This document shows, in pieces, positions 42,578 through 53,785 of a DNA stretch of 64,000 nucleotides (the stretch's first letter is position 1; every line of letters begins with the position of its first letter). Source of the DNA: Phormidesmis sp. Its GTDB lineage: Bacteria; Cyanobacteriota; Cyanobacteriia; Leptolyngbyales; Leptolyngbyaceae. The DNA lies in the NCBI GenBank assembly GCA_965248535.1, contig CBDFJR010000005.1, forward strand, positions 2,387,867 to 2,451,866. The letters are read 5' to 3'. Under the pieces are notes generated by a model. The model was given only the letters and a program-made list of their open reading frames with translations. It was not told where the DNA came from and did no database searches. The position numbers were made by a program, and so were the translations under genes.

Positions 42578-43375
42578 ATGTTTGATAACATCTGCAAATT
42601 TCTTGCCGAAACCTTCTCGGCTGATTTCGCCACTTGGCTGCTGGGCGAACCTATTGAGCTAACTGAACTCAGCCCGTCAGAACTCTCACTCGAACCGATC
42701 CGCGCCGACGCGCTAATTTTGCTGCAATCTGACGAAGTGGTTTTGCATTTAGAGTTTCAGTCGCAGCCTAAAGCTGATATCCCGTTTCGGATGGTAGATT
42801 ATCGGCTGAGAGTCCATCGTCGCTTTCCCAAAAAGCAGATGCGCCAAGCCGTGATTTATCTACAGTTCACTAAGTCTGATCTCGTGCAGCAAAGCGCGTT
42901 TACCTTGGAAAAAACTCGCCATGAGTTTGAGGTGATCCGACTCTGGGAGCAGCCAACGAGTGCCTTTCTGCAATCTCCAGGCTTGCTTCCTTTTGCAGTT
43001 TTAAGTCAGGCAAGCAATCGGACTCAAACGCTCCGGCATGTAGCTCAAATCATTGATCAAATGCCTGACCCACGGGCACAAAGTAATGTTTTGGCATCGA
43101 CCTTTGTTCTGGCTGGTTTAGTATTGGAATCAGAGGTCGTTCAGCAAGTGTTGCGGAGAGACATTATGCAAGAGTCAGTCACTTATCAGCTTATTAAGTC
43201 AGAGGGTCGGGAAGAGGGTCGGGAAGAGGGTCGGGAAGAGGCGAGACAAGAGACTTTGCGACAGATTGTTGCGAATCTGTCGAGAGAAGGAATGTCTTCT
43301 GATGCGATCGCTCGAATTACGGGCTTGACGATCGAGCAACTTCAGCAGATTCAAACGGCGATCGACCCATCATAA
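42578..43375 (+). CDS. Rpn/PD-(D/E)XK nuclease-family protein
   Basis: IRADALI..LHLEFQ, MQESVTYQ and EGREEGREE tail. Confidence 0.8.
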   Translation: MFDNICKFLAETFSADFATWLLGEPIELTELSPSELSLEPIRADALILLQSDEVVLHLEFQSQPKADIPFRMVDYRLRVHRRFPKKQMRQAVIYLQFTKSDLVQQSAFTLEKTRHEFEVIRLWEQPTSAFLQSPGLLPFAVLSQASNRTQTLRHVAQIIDQMPDPRAQSNVLASTFVLAGLVLESEVVQQVLRRDIMQESVTYQLIKSEGREEGREEGREEARQETLRQIVANLSREGMSSDAIARITGLTIEQLQQIQTAIDPS

Positions 43376-43621
43376 GTCTCACTCTATTTTCTGTAGGGGC
43401 TGTTCGAAGCCCGATCGCTTTGACGACAAATAAATCATCCCTCTCTGGATGTAAGAATTTGTAATAAAAACGCTCATCAAATCAGATTAACGTAACAAAG
43501 GATGCGGATATTACCGATTTTGAGCTTTGGATTGAAGAGTCTTGCGCTTCAAATCCAGAGATTCGATTGACCTTTGAGGCTTGACGCGCCAGCAAACTAC
43601 TTTAGTGTTGGGAAGTTTAGA

Positions 43622-44338
43622 ATGAGCAGTAATTTAGCAACGAAACTCCGCGAGGGCACCAAGAAAGCGCACACAATGGCGGAGAACACAGGGTTTATCT
43701 CCTGTTTCTTGAAGGGCACGGTGGAAAAAAACTCTTATCGCAAGCTGGTCGCAAATCTTTACTTCGTCTATTCGGCGATGGAAGAAGAGATGCACAATCA
43801 CCGTGAGCATCCTGTTCTGGGCAAACTCTACTTCCCAGAGCTAGATCGCAAAGCCAGCCTAGAGCAAGACCTTGCCTACTATTTTGGCGCAAACTGGAAG
43901 ACAGAAGCTGCCCCCTCTGAAGCGACCAAACTCTATGTTCAGCGCATTCACGACATTGGTCAGACTCAGCCAGAGTTGCTGATCGCTCACCTCTACACTC
44001 GCTATATGGGCGATCTGTCGGGCGGACAAATTCTGAGAAAGATTGCACAAAACGCAATGAACTTGTCTGATGAAGATGGGCTAGCGTTCTATGCGTTTCA
44101 GCAGATTCCTGACGAGAAAGCTTTTAAGCAAACCTATCGTCAAACGCTGAATGAGGTTGCCGTTGACGAAACCATGGACGATCGCATTGTCGAAGAAGCT
44201 AACGACGCGTTTGGGCTAAACATGAAAATGTTCCAAGAGCTAGAAGGGAATTTGATTAAAGCGATCGGGGTGCAGTTATTCAATCTGCTAACTCGCAAAC
44301 GCACTCGTGGCACGACTGAATTAGCAACGGCTGAATAG
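43622..44338 (+). CDS. ho1: Heme oxygenase (biliverdin-producing)
   Basis: LREGTKKAHTMAEN and YTRYMGDLSGGQIL motifs. Confidence 0.9.
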   Translation: MSSNLATKLREGTKKAHTMAENTGFISCFLKGTVEKNSYRKLVANLYFVYSAMEEEMHNHREHPVLGKLYFPELDRKASLEQDLAYYFGANWKTEAAPSEATKLYVQRIHDIGQTQPELLIAHLYTRYMGDLSGGQILRKIAQNAMNLSDEDGLAFYAFQQIPDEKAFKQTYRQTLNEVAVDETMDDRIVEEANDAFGLNMKMFQELEGNLIKAIGVQLFNLLTRKRTRGTTELATAE

Positions 44339-44439
44339 CAATTTCTCAACGCCTCGCGTTATTTTGAATCCTGGTGGTTGGGTGGTTTTTGATTAGAAAA
44401 TCATCCAATCGCCAGGATTCTAGTTTGAAAGGAGACTCT

Positions 44440-45492
44440 ATGGCTGCAAAGATTCCAGTTACGGTGATCACGGGCTTTTTAGGGAGCGGCAAGACGACGC
44501 TGATCCGCAATTTGCTGCAAAATAATCAGGGCAGACGCATCGCTGTTTTGGTCAATGAGTTTGGCGAATTGGGGATTGATGGAGACTTGTTGAAGTCATG
44601 CGAAGTTTGCCCAGACGGAGAAACACCGACCCAATCTAACATTGTCGAACTGACCAACGGCTGCCTGTGTTGCACTGTTCAAGAAGAATTTTTGCCCACG
44701 ATGCTAGAACTTCTCAAGCGCAGAGATAGCCTTGATTGCATCTTGATTGAGACTTCTGGGCTGGCGTTGCCTAAACCGTTGATTAAGGCGTTTCGCTGGC
44801 ATGAGATTCGCAACGCGGCGACGGTGGATGGGGTGATCACGATCGTAGACTGTGAAGCCGTCTCGTCGGGCACATTGGCCAGCGATTTGCAGGCGGTCGA
44901 GGCCCAAAGGCAAGCTGATCCTAATCTTGATCACGAGACACCGCTGCAAGAACTCTTTGAAGATCAGTTAGCCTGTGCGGATCTGGTGATTCTCAACAAG
45001 ACAGATTTGGTGGATGAGGCTATTCAAGCTCAGGTCAAAGAATTGGTGCAGCGCGAATTGCCTAGAGCGGTGAAAATTGTCTCAAACGGTCGCAGTCAAG
45101 CGATCGACTCTAATCTATTGCTGGGCTTTAATGCGGCGGTTGAAGATGACTTAGAGTCCCGCCCTAGCCATCACGATTTTGAAGAAGACCACGACCACGA
45201 TGATCAAATCGTCTCGACCCACGTTGTGCTAGATCGGGCCTTTGACCCCGCGCAGTTAAAAGCGCAGCTAGAAAAGCTGGTGCAACAGCAAGAAATCTAT
45301 CGAGTTAAGGGATTTGTTGCAGTTCCTAATAAAGCAATGCGGCTGGTCATGCAGGGAGTCGGATCGCGATTTGAACAGTTTTACGATCGTCCCTGGCAAG
45401 CTGACGAAGCGAGACAAACTCGGCTGGTGTTTATCGGTCGAGATCTGAGCCATGCGGCGATCGAGTCTCAGTTGGTGGCGTTACCCGGCTAA
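44440..45492 (+). CDS. cobW: Cobalamin biosynthesis GTPase CobW
   Basis: KIPVTVITGFLGSGKTT, GCLCCTV, ETSGLALPKPL and His/Asp-rich loop. Confidence 0.92.
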   Translation: MAAKIPVTVITGFLGSGKTTLIRNLLQNNQGRRIAVLVNEFGELGIDGDLLKSCEVCPDGETPTQSNIVELTNGCLCCTVQEEFLPTMLELLKRRDSLDCILIETSGLALPKPLIKAFRWHEIRNAATVDGVITIVDCEAVSSGTLASDLQAVEAQRQADPNLDHETPLQELFEDQLACADLVILNKTDLVDEAIQAQVKELVQRELPRAVKIVSNGRSQAIDSNLLLGFNAAVEDDLESRPSHHDFEEDHDHDDQIVSTHVVLDRAFDPAQLKAQLEKLVQQQEIYRVKGFVAVPNKAMRLVMQGVGSRFEQFYDRPWQADEARQTRLVFIGRDLSHAAIESQLVALPG

Positions 45493-45545
45493 AAGGGATT
45501 GCCCTTGGTTTTGAAGGGGCTGAGGGCACTCTCAAGTTCAAGTGA

Positions 45546-45863
45546 TTAGACTGTCTCACCACACTCGTCAACGAGGTAGCACAGTGATCGAAATCTCAGC
45601 CCAACCAGTTGGTCATAGAGCGGGTTGAGCTTGCACATCGGCGGAATGTGGGCGACTTTTTGACCGAAAAAATTGATATCGCGCTCAAACGGACATTGAG
45701 CCGGAATCGCTTTGCAGATTAGGTGAGCCAGCTTGCGATCGTGGATTTCAATCTCGTCTAACCACTGACGGATGGGAGCGAGTAAGTTAAAACGCGGCTG
45801 ACGAGCGCGATGAGAATTCAGAGGGGAGAGCGTTGTTGAAAATGTCAATTCTGGATTAGACAT
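45546..45863 (-). CDS. Mo-dependent nitrogenase C-terminal-like domain protein
   Basis: IPAQCPFER..HIPPMCKLNPLY..LRFRSL motif. Confidence 0.8.
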   Translation of the reverse strand: MSNPELTFSTTLSPLNSHRARQPRFNLLAPIRQWLDEIEIHDRKLAHLICKAIPAQCPFERDINFFGQKVAHIPPMCKLNPLYDQLVGLRFRSLCYLVDECGETV

Positions 45864-46339
45864 AAAATCACCTTTGTTGTCTAGTTAAGTCAATCTTTTC
45901 TAAGTAAATGTGTTGAGAGAGGCGTGATTGGCGATTGACTGATGTCTCACTAACAAGATACATACAGGAATCTAGGTTTCCGTAAAGATAAGAATAGGAT
46001 TTAAAACCCTCGATTAAACTTTAGTAAACCGCGCAAAATTAGAACGCTCAGAACGTCCTCTAGACAATGGATGTAGGCTTTCCAATTTCAATCAAAAATT
46101 AGTTAAACTCGTCCTTATTTCTATTAATAAGGGCTATTAGTAAAACTCAACAGTGTCCAAAAGGGTAGTTATTCTCTGGGATCAGTCATAACCTATCTCT
46201 TGCGATATTTACCTTTCGACATATCCCTAAAAAGCTGCGAACGATGGGCTTAAATTTGTGATTTTAGCTACGATTTGCTGTGTTTTTAATCACAAATTAT
46301 CGGCAACTTGATTCAGTTTTTCGTTTGATTAAATCTGGT

Positions 46340-47896
46340 TTATAAGCCCAAATCAACCGCGATGCGATGGGCACAAGCAAACCCAGAAAACGCTACTGCA
46401 TTTAAGCCCTGACCTGGAAATGTGCTGTCACCCACACAATAAAGATGAGCGATCGCGGTGCGGTTAAAGGGCATGGTCAACAGTCCGGGCAGTTTGCGAG
46501 CGGGGATCGGGCCATAGGTGCCGTTGTCGCGACCCAAAAATCGGCGATGGGTTCTAGGGGTGCCGACTTCTTGATAGTCTAAATGTTGGCTCAGGTTAGG
46601 AAAGATGGTTTCTAAGCGATCGATGACGCGATCGGCTGCTGCTTCTTTTTTGGCTTCATAGTCGCTGGGCGAGAGGTTTTGCCAGTTTTCTATCCAGCTT
46701 GGGGTGAAGGTGTGAATGATCTGATACCCGGCTGGCGCAAGAGTGGGATCAAGTAATGTCGGAATCGAGACAAAAATAGTTCCCTGCTCGGCTTCCATTG
46801 TGTCCCAGTTTTCTAGCAAAATATGATGGCATTCTGTCCCGATCGGAAGGGCTTCTGATTTCACACCCAAATGCAGACTCAAAAAACTGGGAGACTGTTG
46901 ATAGCGCTGTTGCCACTTCTTTTCAGTCTTGGGCATTTTGGACGCAGGCACGAGTTTCTCAAAGGTATCCCAGCGAGTGGCGTTGGAGATAATTCGCTTG
47001 GCTCGATAGGTTTTGCCCGACGCGAGGGTGACTCCTACGGCGCGCCCGTTTTCGATCAAAATCTCGGTGACTCTGGCTTTATATTGAATCCGACCTCCAG
47101 CGTTTTCTAGTCCTTCTACGAGCTTTTGAGCGATTTGACCTACGCCCCCTTTGGGATAGTTGATGCCGCCATAGTGACGATCGCTAAACACCATTCCGGC
47201 GTTGATCATCGGAGTCTTATCTGCCGGAACCACCGACCAGCAATAGCACTCCATGTCAATAAACTTCAGCAATTTGGGATCACGGATGTAGCGACGCGCA
47301 ATATCGCCCACGTTTTGAGGCAAATATTTGACCAATCCCAGACAAGCGAGAGGATGCTGAAAAAATACTCGCGTCAGATAGCCTAACTCTTCTAAAGAGA
47401 GCAAATCCATGACGTTGAGGCAGTTAAACACCTGCCAACACTGACCATAAAACTGTCGAATCCCTTTTTCTTCGTGGGGAAACTGCGCGATCAGTTCCTG
47501 TAAAAATTTCTCATAGTCTTTGTGGACTTTGAGATCTAACCCGTCTGGCAAGTGATAGTGAATCTGCACCGGGTCAGGGATGGTTTCGAGGCTCATGTTG
47601 ACGGCAGCTAAAGCGCGGGTCAGCAGATTAGTGGTGCCCTGTTTGCCAAACCCAAAAATCATGGATGCACCGACATCAAAGCGATAGCCAGCCCCGTCTT
47701 CAGAAACCCGCTCAAAATAGCCCGAACTGCCTCCGGGGATCACATAGCTTTCTAACACTAAGACGCTGGCTCCCTTGGCGACAAGCTGGGTGGCGGTCAC
47801 TAACCCACCAATGCCAGAGCCGATGACGATCGCGTCATAGTCTGAGGGATATTGGTAGCCATGAGATGTCTGAGAAGCTGTTGAAACAGAAGCCAT
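46340..47896 (-). CDS. crtH: Carotenoid isomerase
   Basis: GSGIGG FAD motif, [16 protein letters not shown] and [17 protein letters not shown]. Confidence 0.9.
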   Translation of the reverse strand: MASVSTASQTSHGYQYPSDYDAIVIGSGIGGLVTATQLVAKGASVLVLESYVIPGGSSGYFERVSEDGAGYRFDVGASMIFGFGKQGTTNLLTRALAAVNMSLETIPDPVQIHYHLPDGLDLKVHKDYEKFLQELIAQFPHEEKGIRQFYGQCWQVFNCLNVMDLLSLEELGYLTRVFFQHPLACLGLVKYLPQNVGDIARRYIRDPKLLKFIDMECYCWSVVPADKTPMINAGMVFSDRHYGGINYPKGGVGQIAQKLVEGLENAGGRIQYKARVTEILIENGRAVGVTLASGKTYRAKRIISNATRWDTFEKLVPASKMPKTEKKWQQRYQQSPSFLSLHLGVKSEALPIGTECHHILLENWDTMEAEQGTIFVSIPTLLDPTLAPAGYQIIHTFTPSWIENWQNLSPSDYEAKKEAAADRVIDRLETIFPNLSQHLDYQEVGTPRTHRRFLGRDNGTYGPIPARKLPGLLTMPFNRTAIAHLYCVGDSTFPGQGLNAVAFSGFACAHRIAVDLGL

Positions 47897-48132
47897 GAAC
47901 CCTAATCTGAATGACGCTGTTCTCAGTGTATCGGAGTTGAGTACAGGCTATAGCTAGGATCTCAGATGGGACAGTTTCTTGGGCTGCTTTTAGATTTGGG
48001 GAACTAAACAAAAGTGAGTCGTTCTTGGACTCAGTGCCTCCTGATTGCTGATAAACAGGCAATTAGGAAGAGGGATCACACCCTTGGGCCTCCGTAGAAT
48101 GTTTGTTGTAATATGCCTTTCCTAGTCTGGGA

Positions 48133-49089
48133 TTGACTATGAGACAGTTTCATCTGATCCGGCTGTCGGTTGTATTGGGCAACATTTTAGCGATCGTGGG
48201 TGGCTCTCTCGCATTGAGTCAAGCATCAGTGAGACAATCACTCACCGCCTTTAAGAAGCCGCAAAACGCTCAAGCTCAGAGTGTTGGGCAGGCTGCCACA
48301 GATATAACGGGCGAATTGCTCAACCAAGGGCAGCAGCGCACTTATTATCTGCATACGCCAACTCATTTGACCGAGCCAATGCCTCTGGTGGTGGCGCTGC
48401 ACGGTTCAGGAATGCAGGGGAAAGAAATGGCCGAGAAAACGGCGTTGAGTCAACTGGCCGATCGGCAAGGCTTTGTGGTGGTCTACCCCGACGGACTCAA
48501 GCAGAAGTGGAATGTCTCCGGTCAAGCCCCAGAAGACAATGTGGCGTTTGTTCATGCGTTGATTAACCATGTGCAGCAAATTCGCTCGATCGACCCGCAA
48601 CGCATCTATGTGGTAGGTCTTTCAAATGGCGGCATCTTAGCTCAGAAACTCGCTTGCGAAGCCCCGGATCAGATTGCGGCGATCGCCACGGTTGCGGCCT
48701 CGTTGCCCCTTCAGTTTTCGTCACACTGCCAGACGCAGAAGCCTGTTTCTCTGCTGATGATCAATGGCACAGCCGATTCAGTGGTGCCGTGGCAGGGAGG
48801 TGCATCGCCGACCGTTAAGGTGGGACGCAATCTTTCGATTCCTCCAATCCCGATCGTGGTTAATTTTTGGCAGCAGCACAATGCTTGCCCCACTGCGCCC
48901 AAAGTTGAGCAGCCTTCTGATTTGGTAGAAATCACTGATTATCAGCCCTGCCAGGCGGCTTCAGAGGTCATGTTTGTGGCTCTCAAGGGGGCAGGACACG
49001 TTTGGACAGGGGGCGGATATGGGCAGTCAGCCTATGGCGACACGACTCAGAGAGTGTGGCAATTTTTTCAACGTCACGCCTTGGGTTAA
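48133..49089 (+). CDS. LpqC/PHB-depolymerase-family esterase
   Basis: ALHG, GLSNGG nucleophile, GTAD and GHVW motifs; N-terminal signal. Confidence 0.8.
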   Translation: MTMRQFHLIRLSVVLGNILAIVGGSLALSQASVRQSLTAFKKPQNAQAQSVGQAATDITGELLNQGQQRTYYLHTPTHLTEPMPLVVALHGSGMQGKEMAEKTALSQLADRQGFVVVYPDGLKQKWNVSGQAPEDNVAFVHALINHVQQIRSIDPQRIYVVGLSNGGILAQKLACEAPDQIAAIATVAASLPLQFSSHCQTQKPVSLLMINGTADSVVPWQGGASPTVKVGRNLSIPPIPIVVNFWQQHNACPTAPKVEQPSDLVEITDYQPCQAASEVMFVALKGAGHVWTGGGYGQSAYGDTTQRVWQFFQRHALG

Positions 49090-49279
49090 AGCTCAGGACT
49101 GTCGGTTGCCTGATGCCGTAAGGGATGTGGCGCTTTAGAGCGATGATTTGAGCCACTTATTTCGGAGAACAGAATTTTTAGTCTCTTCTATCCTATATAA
49201 GACTACTATCTGGACTCACTAAGAGTCTACTATGAGAACTATGAGATAACAGATATCGCGTCCTTGATATCGGCCGTCT

Positions 49280-49690
49280 AGACTCATGAGACGATAGGTA
49301 AAGTGTGTGTAAGGGCATGGCACGCCGTGCCCCTTGTCTACGCCAGTGACCGATGGAATTTAATCTACGATCGTGCTTTATCTCATAAAGCCTAAATGAG
49401 ACTAACATCTAGACTCATAAATAGTCCAGCCTAAGACTCATGAGACGATAGGTAAGGTGTCCTTGTGTAAGGGCATGGCACGCCGTGCCCCTTGTCTATG
49501 CCAGTGACCGATGGAATTTAATCTACGATCGTGCTTTATCTCATAAAGCCTAAATGAGACTAGGCATCTAGACTCACAAATAGTCCAGTCTAAGACTTAT
49601 GAGACGATAGGTAAAGTGTCCCTGTGTAAGGGCATGGCACGCCGTGCCCCTTGTCTATGCCAGTGACTGATGGAATTTAATCTACGATCG
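49280..49690 (+). repeat. About 2.6 tandem copies of a ~158-bp unit containing a REP-like hairpin
   Basis: Units start at about 49280, 49434 and 49593; each contains aagggcatggcacgccgtgcccctt. Confidence 0.9.
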
Positions 49691-49739
49691 CCGCTCAGAT
49701 TTAAGACTGAGAGCCTCAGGGAATCCCACTTTAGCAATC

Positions 49740-49781
49740 AAAAAAATGGGGCAGAAACGTTTAGAATTCGTCTCTGCCCAC
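49740..49781 (-). terminator. Intrinsic terminator after rpoZ
   Basis: Minus strand gggcagagacg..cgtttctgccc followed by T run. Confidence 0.65.
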
Positions 49782-49801
49782 AAGCGATTAGAACGGATTG
49801 T

Positions 49802-50047
49802 CTACTCGCCGATAATTTCTGGCTGAGTTAGCTCATCAGACATCTCAACGATCGCCCGCATCACAGGCTTCATCATGGGATCGTCGCCACTATCAAAATC
49901 CTCAAAACGCCGCCGTTTAGCCCGATTTGCGACCTGAACCGTAATGCGATAACGGTTAGACGCTGCTGAAATCAGTTCGTCTGCTCGACGCATCAACTGA
50001 GTCGTGTCAAACGTGGGACGCTTGTGGACAGAGCCAGACTTTGCCAT
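49802..50047 (-). CDS. rpoZ: RNA polymerase omega subunit
   Basis: [31 protein letters not shown]. Confidence 0.92.
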   Translation of the reverse strand: MAKSGSVHKRPTFDTTQLMRRADELISAASNRYRITVQVANRAKRRRFEDFDSGDDPMMKPVMRAIVEMSDELTQPEIIGE

Positions 50048-50226
50048 AGAGATTGCCTTTGGTGAAGAGTTTGGAGAAAACGAGAGCGACCAGTTTCTAT
50101 ATGCCCGTCAGACGATATAGTTTTATCCAGGGATCATAAAGATTTGGAAATCTTTTCCCAAAATGGTAGATTCTCAAGAAACCTATTCTATTAATAGCTT
50201 AGACCTGACCCCGATCGCACGCTTTC

Positions 50227-50946
50227 ATGCAAACAATCGCTTCTTCCTCTCGATTGAATGACTCTCAAGCTCATCAGCCCTCCTTGAGACTGCTCGCCCT
50301 CGGCGATAGCCTGATCTATGGCTTTGGCGACCCGATCGGGGGCGGTTGGGTTGAGCGGCTGCGGCGGCAGTGGATGACCCCTGGCGGCGCTAATCACGCC
50401 CTTTATAACCTGGGAGTGCGCGGGGATGGGGTGCGGCAGGTGGCGAGACGACTAGAAGATGAGTTTCGGCATCGCGGCGAGTTGCGAAATCGAGTCCCTG
50501 ACCTGATCATTCTCTCGGTGGGGACTAATGATTCTCCTAGACTGGCTCGACTTGATGGCAGAAATTTTACTGAGTTTGAAACCTTTCAGACAGAAATTGC
50601 TGATTTGCTCGATCGTGCTCGTCGTCTCTGCCCTGTCTTGTTTGTGGGTGCTGTGCCCGTAGATGAGACCAAAATGCCCTTTTTAGACTGTCTCTACTAC
50701 AATCACGCTGACCAGCACCGCTATAAAGAAGCGACGCGGATGGCTTGCGACGATCGCCAAATTCCCTATCTTGATCTGTTTGATCTGTGGATGTCACGGG
50801 GCATCGCTTGGTGCCAAACTCAGCTAACTGAGGATGGGCTGCACCCAAATGTGTTGGGCTATCAGACGCTGCTGCAAGACATTTTAGACTGGGACGCTCT
50901 TCAACAGTGGATTGGTGTCACGGACTTGATTACAACCCATGCCTAA
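50227..50946 (+). CDS. GDSL/SGNH lipase
   Basis: GDSL, GTND and DGLHPN motifs. Confidence 0.9.
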   Translation: MQTIASSSRLNDSQAHQPSLRLLALGDSLIYGFGDPIGGGWVERLRRQWMTPGGANHALYNLGVRGDGVRQVARRLEDEFRHRGELRNRVPDLIILSVGTNDSPRLARLDGRNFTEFETFQTEIADLLDRARRLCPVLFVGAVPVDETKMPFLDCLYYNHADQHRYKEATRMACDDRQIPYLDLFDLWMSRGIAWCQTQLTEDGLHPNVLGYQTLLQDILDWDALQQWIGVTDLITTHA

Positions 50947-51514
50947 ACTGATTGTCGCTACCGGAAACCCTGGCAAACTGCACGAAATGCAGGACTATCT
51001 GACCGATCCGATTTGGGAGTTGACGCTTAAACCAGAGGCGCTAGACATTGAAGAAACGGGAACGACTTTTCTCGAAAATGCAGGTTTGAAAGCGTCACAG
51101 GTGGCCCAGGCGTTGGGTCAGTGGTCGATCGCTGATGATTCGGGTTTAGAAGTCGTCGCTCTAGATGGGGCACCCGGACTGTTTTCGGCTCGATATGGCA
51201 AAACTGACGACGATCGGATCTCTCGATTATTGCGGGAGTTGGGCAATAGTCTTGATCGTCGCGCTCAGTTTGTGTGCGCGATCGCGCTAGCTCGACCGGA
51301 TGGCACGATCGTGCTGCAAACCCAGGGCATTTGTCCCGGTGAGATTCTCACGGCTCCTCGTGGGTCGGGTGGGTTTGGCTACGATCCGATTTTTTATGTC
51401 CCAGCGCAGGGGATGACTTTTGCAGAAATGTCAGCCGATATCAAGCACGAAATTAGCCATCGCGGACGGGCTTTTGCGGATCTGCTGCCCCGGTTAAAAG
51501 CGCTTGAATTCTAG
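50939..51514 (+). CDS. rdgB: Non-canonical purine NTP pyrophosphatase
   Basis: ATGNPGK, ADDSGL, GFGYDP and SHRG motifs. Confidence 0.92.
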   Translation: MPKLIVATGNPGKLHEMQDYLTDPIWELTLKPEALDIEETGTTFLENAGLKASQVAQALGQWSIADDSGLEVVALDGAPGLFSARYGKTDDDRISRLLRELGNSLDRRAQFVCAIALARPDGTIVLQTQGICPGEILTAPRGSGGFGYDPIFYVPAQGMTFAEMSADIKHEISHRGRAFADLLPRLKALEF

Positions 51515-51987
51515 GATTTATCTTGGGAAATCATCCCGATCGTTCCTTTAACGGCTCGCAGGTAATCAGCAGGAGTCAGCAAAATTTGCGTTCCGCGCAC
51601 GCCCGCAGAAATCGATATGACATCAAAGATTTCGATCAATTCATCGACAAAAACCGGATAGTCTTTTTTGCAGGCTAAAGCCGTGACACCGCCGCGAATG
51701 TAGCCTGTGAGCGTCTGCACTTCTTTGAGAGGGACTGTTTCGACTTTACGATCGCCCGACGCTTGGGCCAGTGCCTTAAGATCTAGCTGAGTGTTTCCCG
51801 GAATCACGGCTAACAAAATGCCTGTGCGATCGCCTCGCACCACGAGGGTTTTAAACACTTGTTCGGGCGGCAGCCCGATTTTGGCCGCGACGGTTTCGGC
51901 CGCTAAATCATCAGGGTCAACGTCATAGTCACGCAACTCATAGGCAATGCCCAGATTGTCTAAAACCCGCACAGCATTCGTTTTCAC
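51511..51987 (-). CDS. ybaK: Cys-tRNA(Pro) deacylase
   Basis: KTNA, VFKTL, TGYIRGG and SAGVRG motifs. Confidence 0.9.
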   Translation of the reverse strand: MKTNAVRVLDNLGIAYELRDYDVDPDDLAAETVAAKIGLPPEQVFKTLVVRGDRTGILLAVIPGNTQLDLKALAQASGDRKVETVPLKEVQTLTGYIRGGVTALACKKDYPVFVDELIEIFDVISISAGVRGTQILLTPADYLRAVKGTIGMISQDKS

Positions 51988-52500
51988 TGCGTCTCTAAAC
52001 TCGGTAGATAAGGCAAATCAGTTACCCCTAAATCGTATCCTAACTGGTTTAGCAAGCGTGGTTATCTGACCGCGATGATGAGTTTGATGATTAAAGAAAT
52101 GCGTCACCAGCAGCCAACCAGGTCGAACTCGTGCGATCGGGCTAGTGATTCCCGTGTAGGTGAAGGGATGACTGAGCCACTCAACAGACAGGGTATCGCA
52201 CCACTTTATGATCTGTTGATCCGTGAGTTCTCGTTCTCGACGAAGTTCATCAAAGTTTGGATAAAGTTCTTGATCTAGCTTGGCGAGAAAAGGCTGCTCA
52301 AGAAAGCGTCCGAGCCAGATACGATCGCCGACCAAAATATGGTTTAACGTGGCGTGAATCGATTTGAAGAATGCACCTAAATCCTCTCTACGCTTGTCAT
52401 CTGGGATTTTAGAACAGGTGGCGTAGAGTTTTTGATTCATCCACTGATTGTAGTCTGCCATCGTTTTGCAGTAGGTTAGATTGTCCATGATGTCTCTCAT
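51984..52500 (-). CDS. DinB family protein, +1 frameshift near 52056
   Basis: YNQWMN, SIHATLNH and HFFNHQTHHRGQ motifs; removing one base restores TLLNQLGYDLGVTDLP ending at a TGA that overlaps the ybaK GTG. Confidence 0.8.
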
Positions 52501-53378
52501 CAGCGTTGAGTTTTGAGAACGCTCGATCGTTTGCCAGTGTAAACAGAGATTAATACGATCGCTAACACTAAAAACATATCAGATGAAAGCGTTTCTGAAA
52601 GCAAAGCACTAGATGAAAAAATCGTAACAAACGGTTGAAGTAATTGAAGTTGACCAATTTTTGCGATTCCCCCTAGCTCTAAGCCGCGATACCAGGCGAA
52701 GAATGCAAGCAGCATACTAATAATACTTACATAAATAAATCCCACCCATGCAGAAATTACATTATGTTGAATATTGATGTGAACCGAAAAACAAAATAGC
52801 GGAATTGAAATCGGCAATGATAAGACTAAGGCATAGCAAATAACTCGCCAGCTTCCAAGTTCTTTAGCTAATCTTGCGCCTTCGGCATAGCCCAACGCAG
52901 CGCTGATTACAGCACCCAGCAACGCAATATCAGCAACGTGAAGTATTCCACCACCACCAGCTATAGAATAGATCACGATCGCTGTACTGCCCACGGCCGC
53001 AGAGAGCCAAAATTTAATGGATGGCTTCTCTTTTGCTAAGATGACCGCGAATAATGCTGTGAATAACGGTATGAGACCTGTGACGATCGCGCCGTGAGAG
53101 GCCGGAACAATATTCATGGCATAGGCGCTTAAAAGCGGGAATCCAAACACAACGCCTAATGCTACGATGATTAGTCTTTGAGCTTGTCGGATCGTTGGCA
53201 GATTGCTTTTTGTAATCCTAAGTAAAAACAATCCTAAGATTCCTGCAATTACAGAACGACCAACTCCAACGGCAACAACACCAAATAACGGAATGGCTGC
53301 TTTTGTTGCGGGCAAGGTTAAACCAAAGCCAATGATTCCCAGTAAGCCCCAACTATAGGCTTTGACTTCGTGATTCAT
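52500..53378 (-). CDS. EamA/DMT family transporter
   Basis: Ten TM helices, GFGLTLPAT and GQLQLLQPF motifs. Confidence 0.88.
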   Translation of the reverse strand: MNHEVKAYSWGLLGIIGFGLTLPATKAAIPLFGVVAVGVGRSVIAGILGLFLLRITKSNLPTIRQAQRLIIVALGVVFGFPLLSAYAMNIVPASHGAIVTGLIPLFTALFAVILAKEKPSIKFWLSAAVGSTAIVIYSIAGGGGILHVADIALLGAVISAALGYAEGARLAKELGSWRVICYALVLSLPISIPLFCFSVHINIQHNVISAWVGFIYVSIISMLLAFFAWYRGLELGGIAKIGQLQLLQPFVTIFSSSALLSETLSSDMFLVLAIVLISVYTGKRSSVLKTQR

Positions 53379-53578
53379 TTGACTGGATAGTATCGTTGAT
53401 CGAGCCAAGCGCGCACTTCGGCTTCAGAGTTGAGCCTGCCAGCCGTCTGATTAAGCGGGTCATAGATTTGATAATAAGAGTGACCTCCCCGATCGCGCTT
53501 TTCTATAATTTTCGGTTCCAAACGGTTTGCAAATAGATTCGTGAACTGATTCCAAATCTGTCTTAGCTGCATTCGCAA
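53375..53578 (-). CDS. Small conserved cyanobacterial hypothetical protein
   Basis: YDP....SEAEVRAWLDQRYY; ATGA overlap with EamA gene. Confidence 0.65.
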   Translation of the reverse strand: MRMQLRQIWNQFTNLFANRLEPKIIEKRDRGGHSYYQIYDPLNQTAGRLNSEAEVRAWLDQRYYPVK

Positions 53579-53785
53579 CGCTCCTTGATGAGTGATTCAT
53601 CAGAGTTGCAGAGTTAATCATTGATCTGATTTAATGGTGCGGGATTTCTCTTCAACAAAACAGATGCAGTTGCGCTAAATTGTGATGGTTACAGTTTTGT
53701 TTTTTGCAACTGTTATGGTCGCGATCGGGCTGAACTGTATCTCTCGTTCCCTAAAATCAGGCTTTTGAGTCGTTGAGGAATCGCG

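Noticed and set aside
43201..43241. 12-bp tandem repeat (EGRE)n
   Set aside because: Ordinary C-terminal feature of Rpn-family proteins
44339..44440. Cobalamin riboswitch upstream of cobW
   Set aside because: Intergenic region is short and no B12-box motif is recognisable
49280..49690. Possible CRISPR array
   Set aside because: Sequences between the hairpins are near-identical rather than unique spacers, the period is about 158 bp, and no cas genes are present
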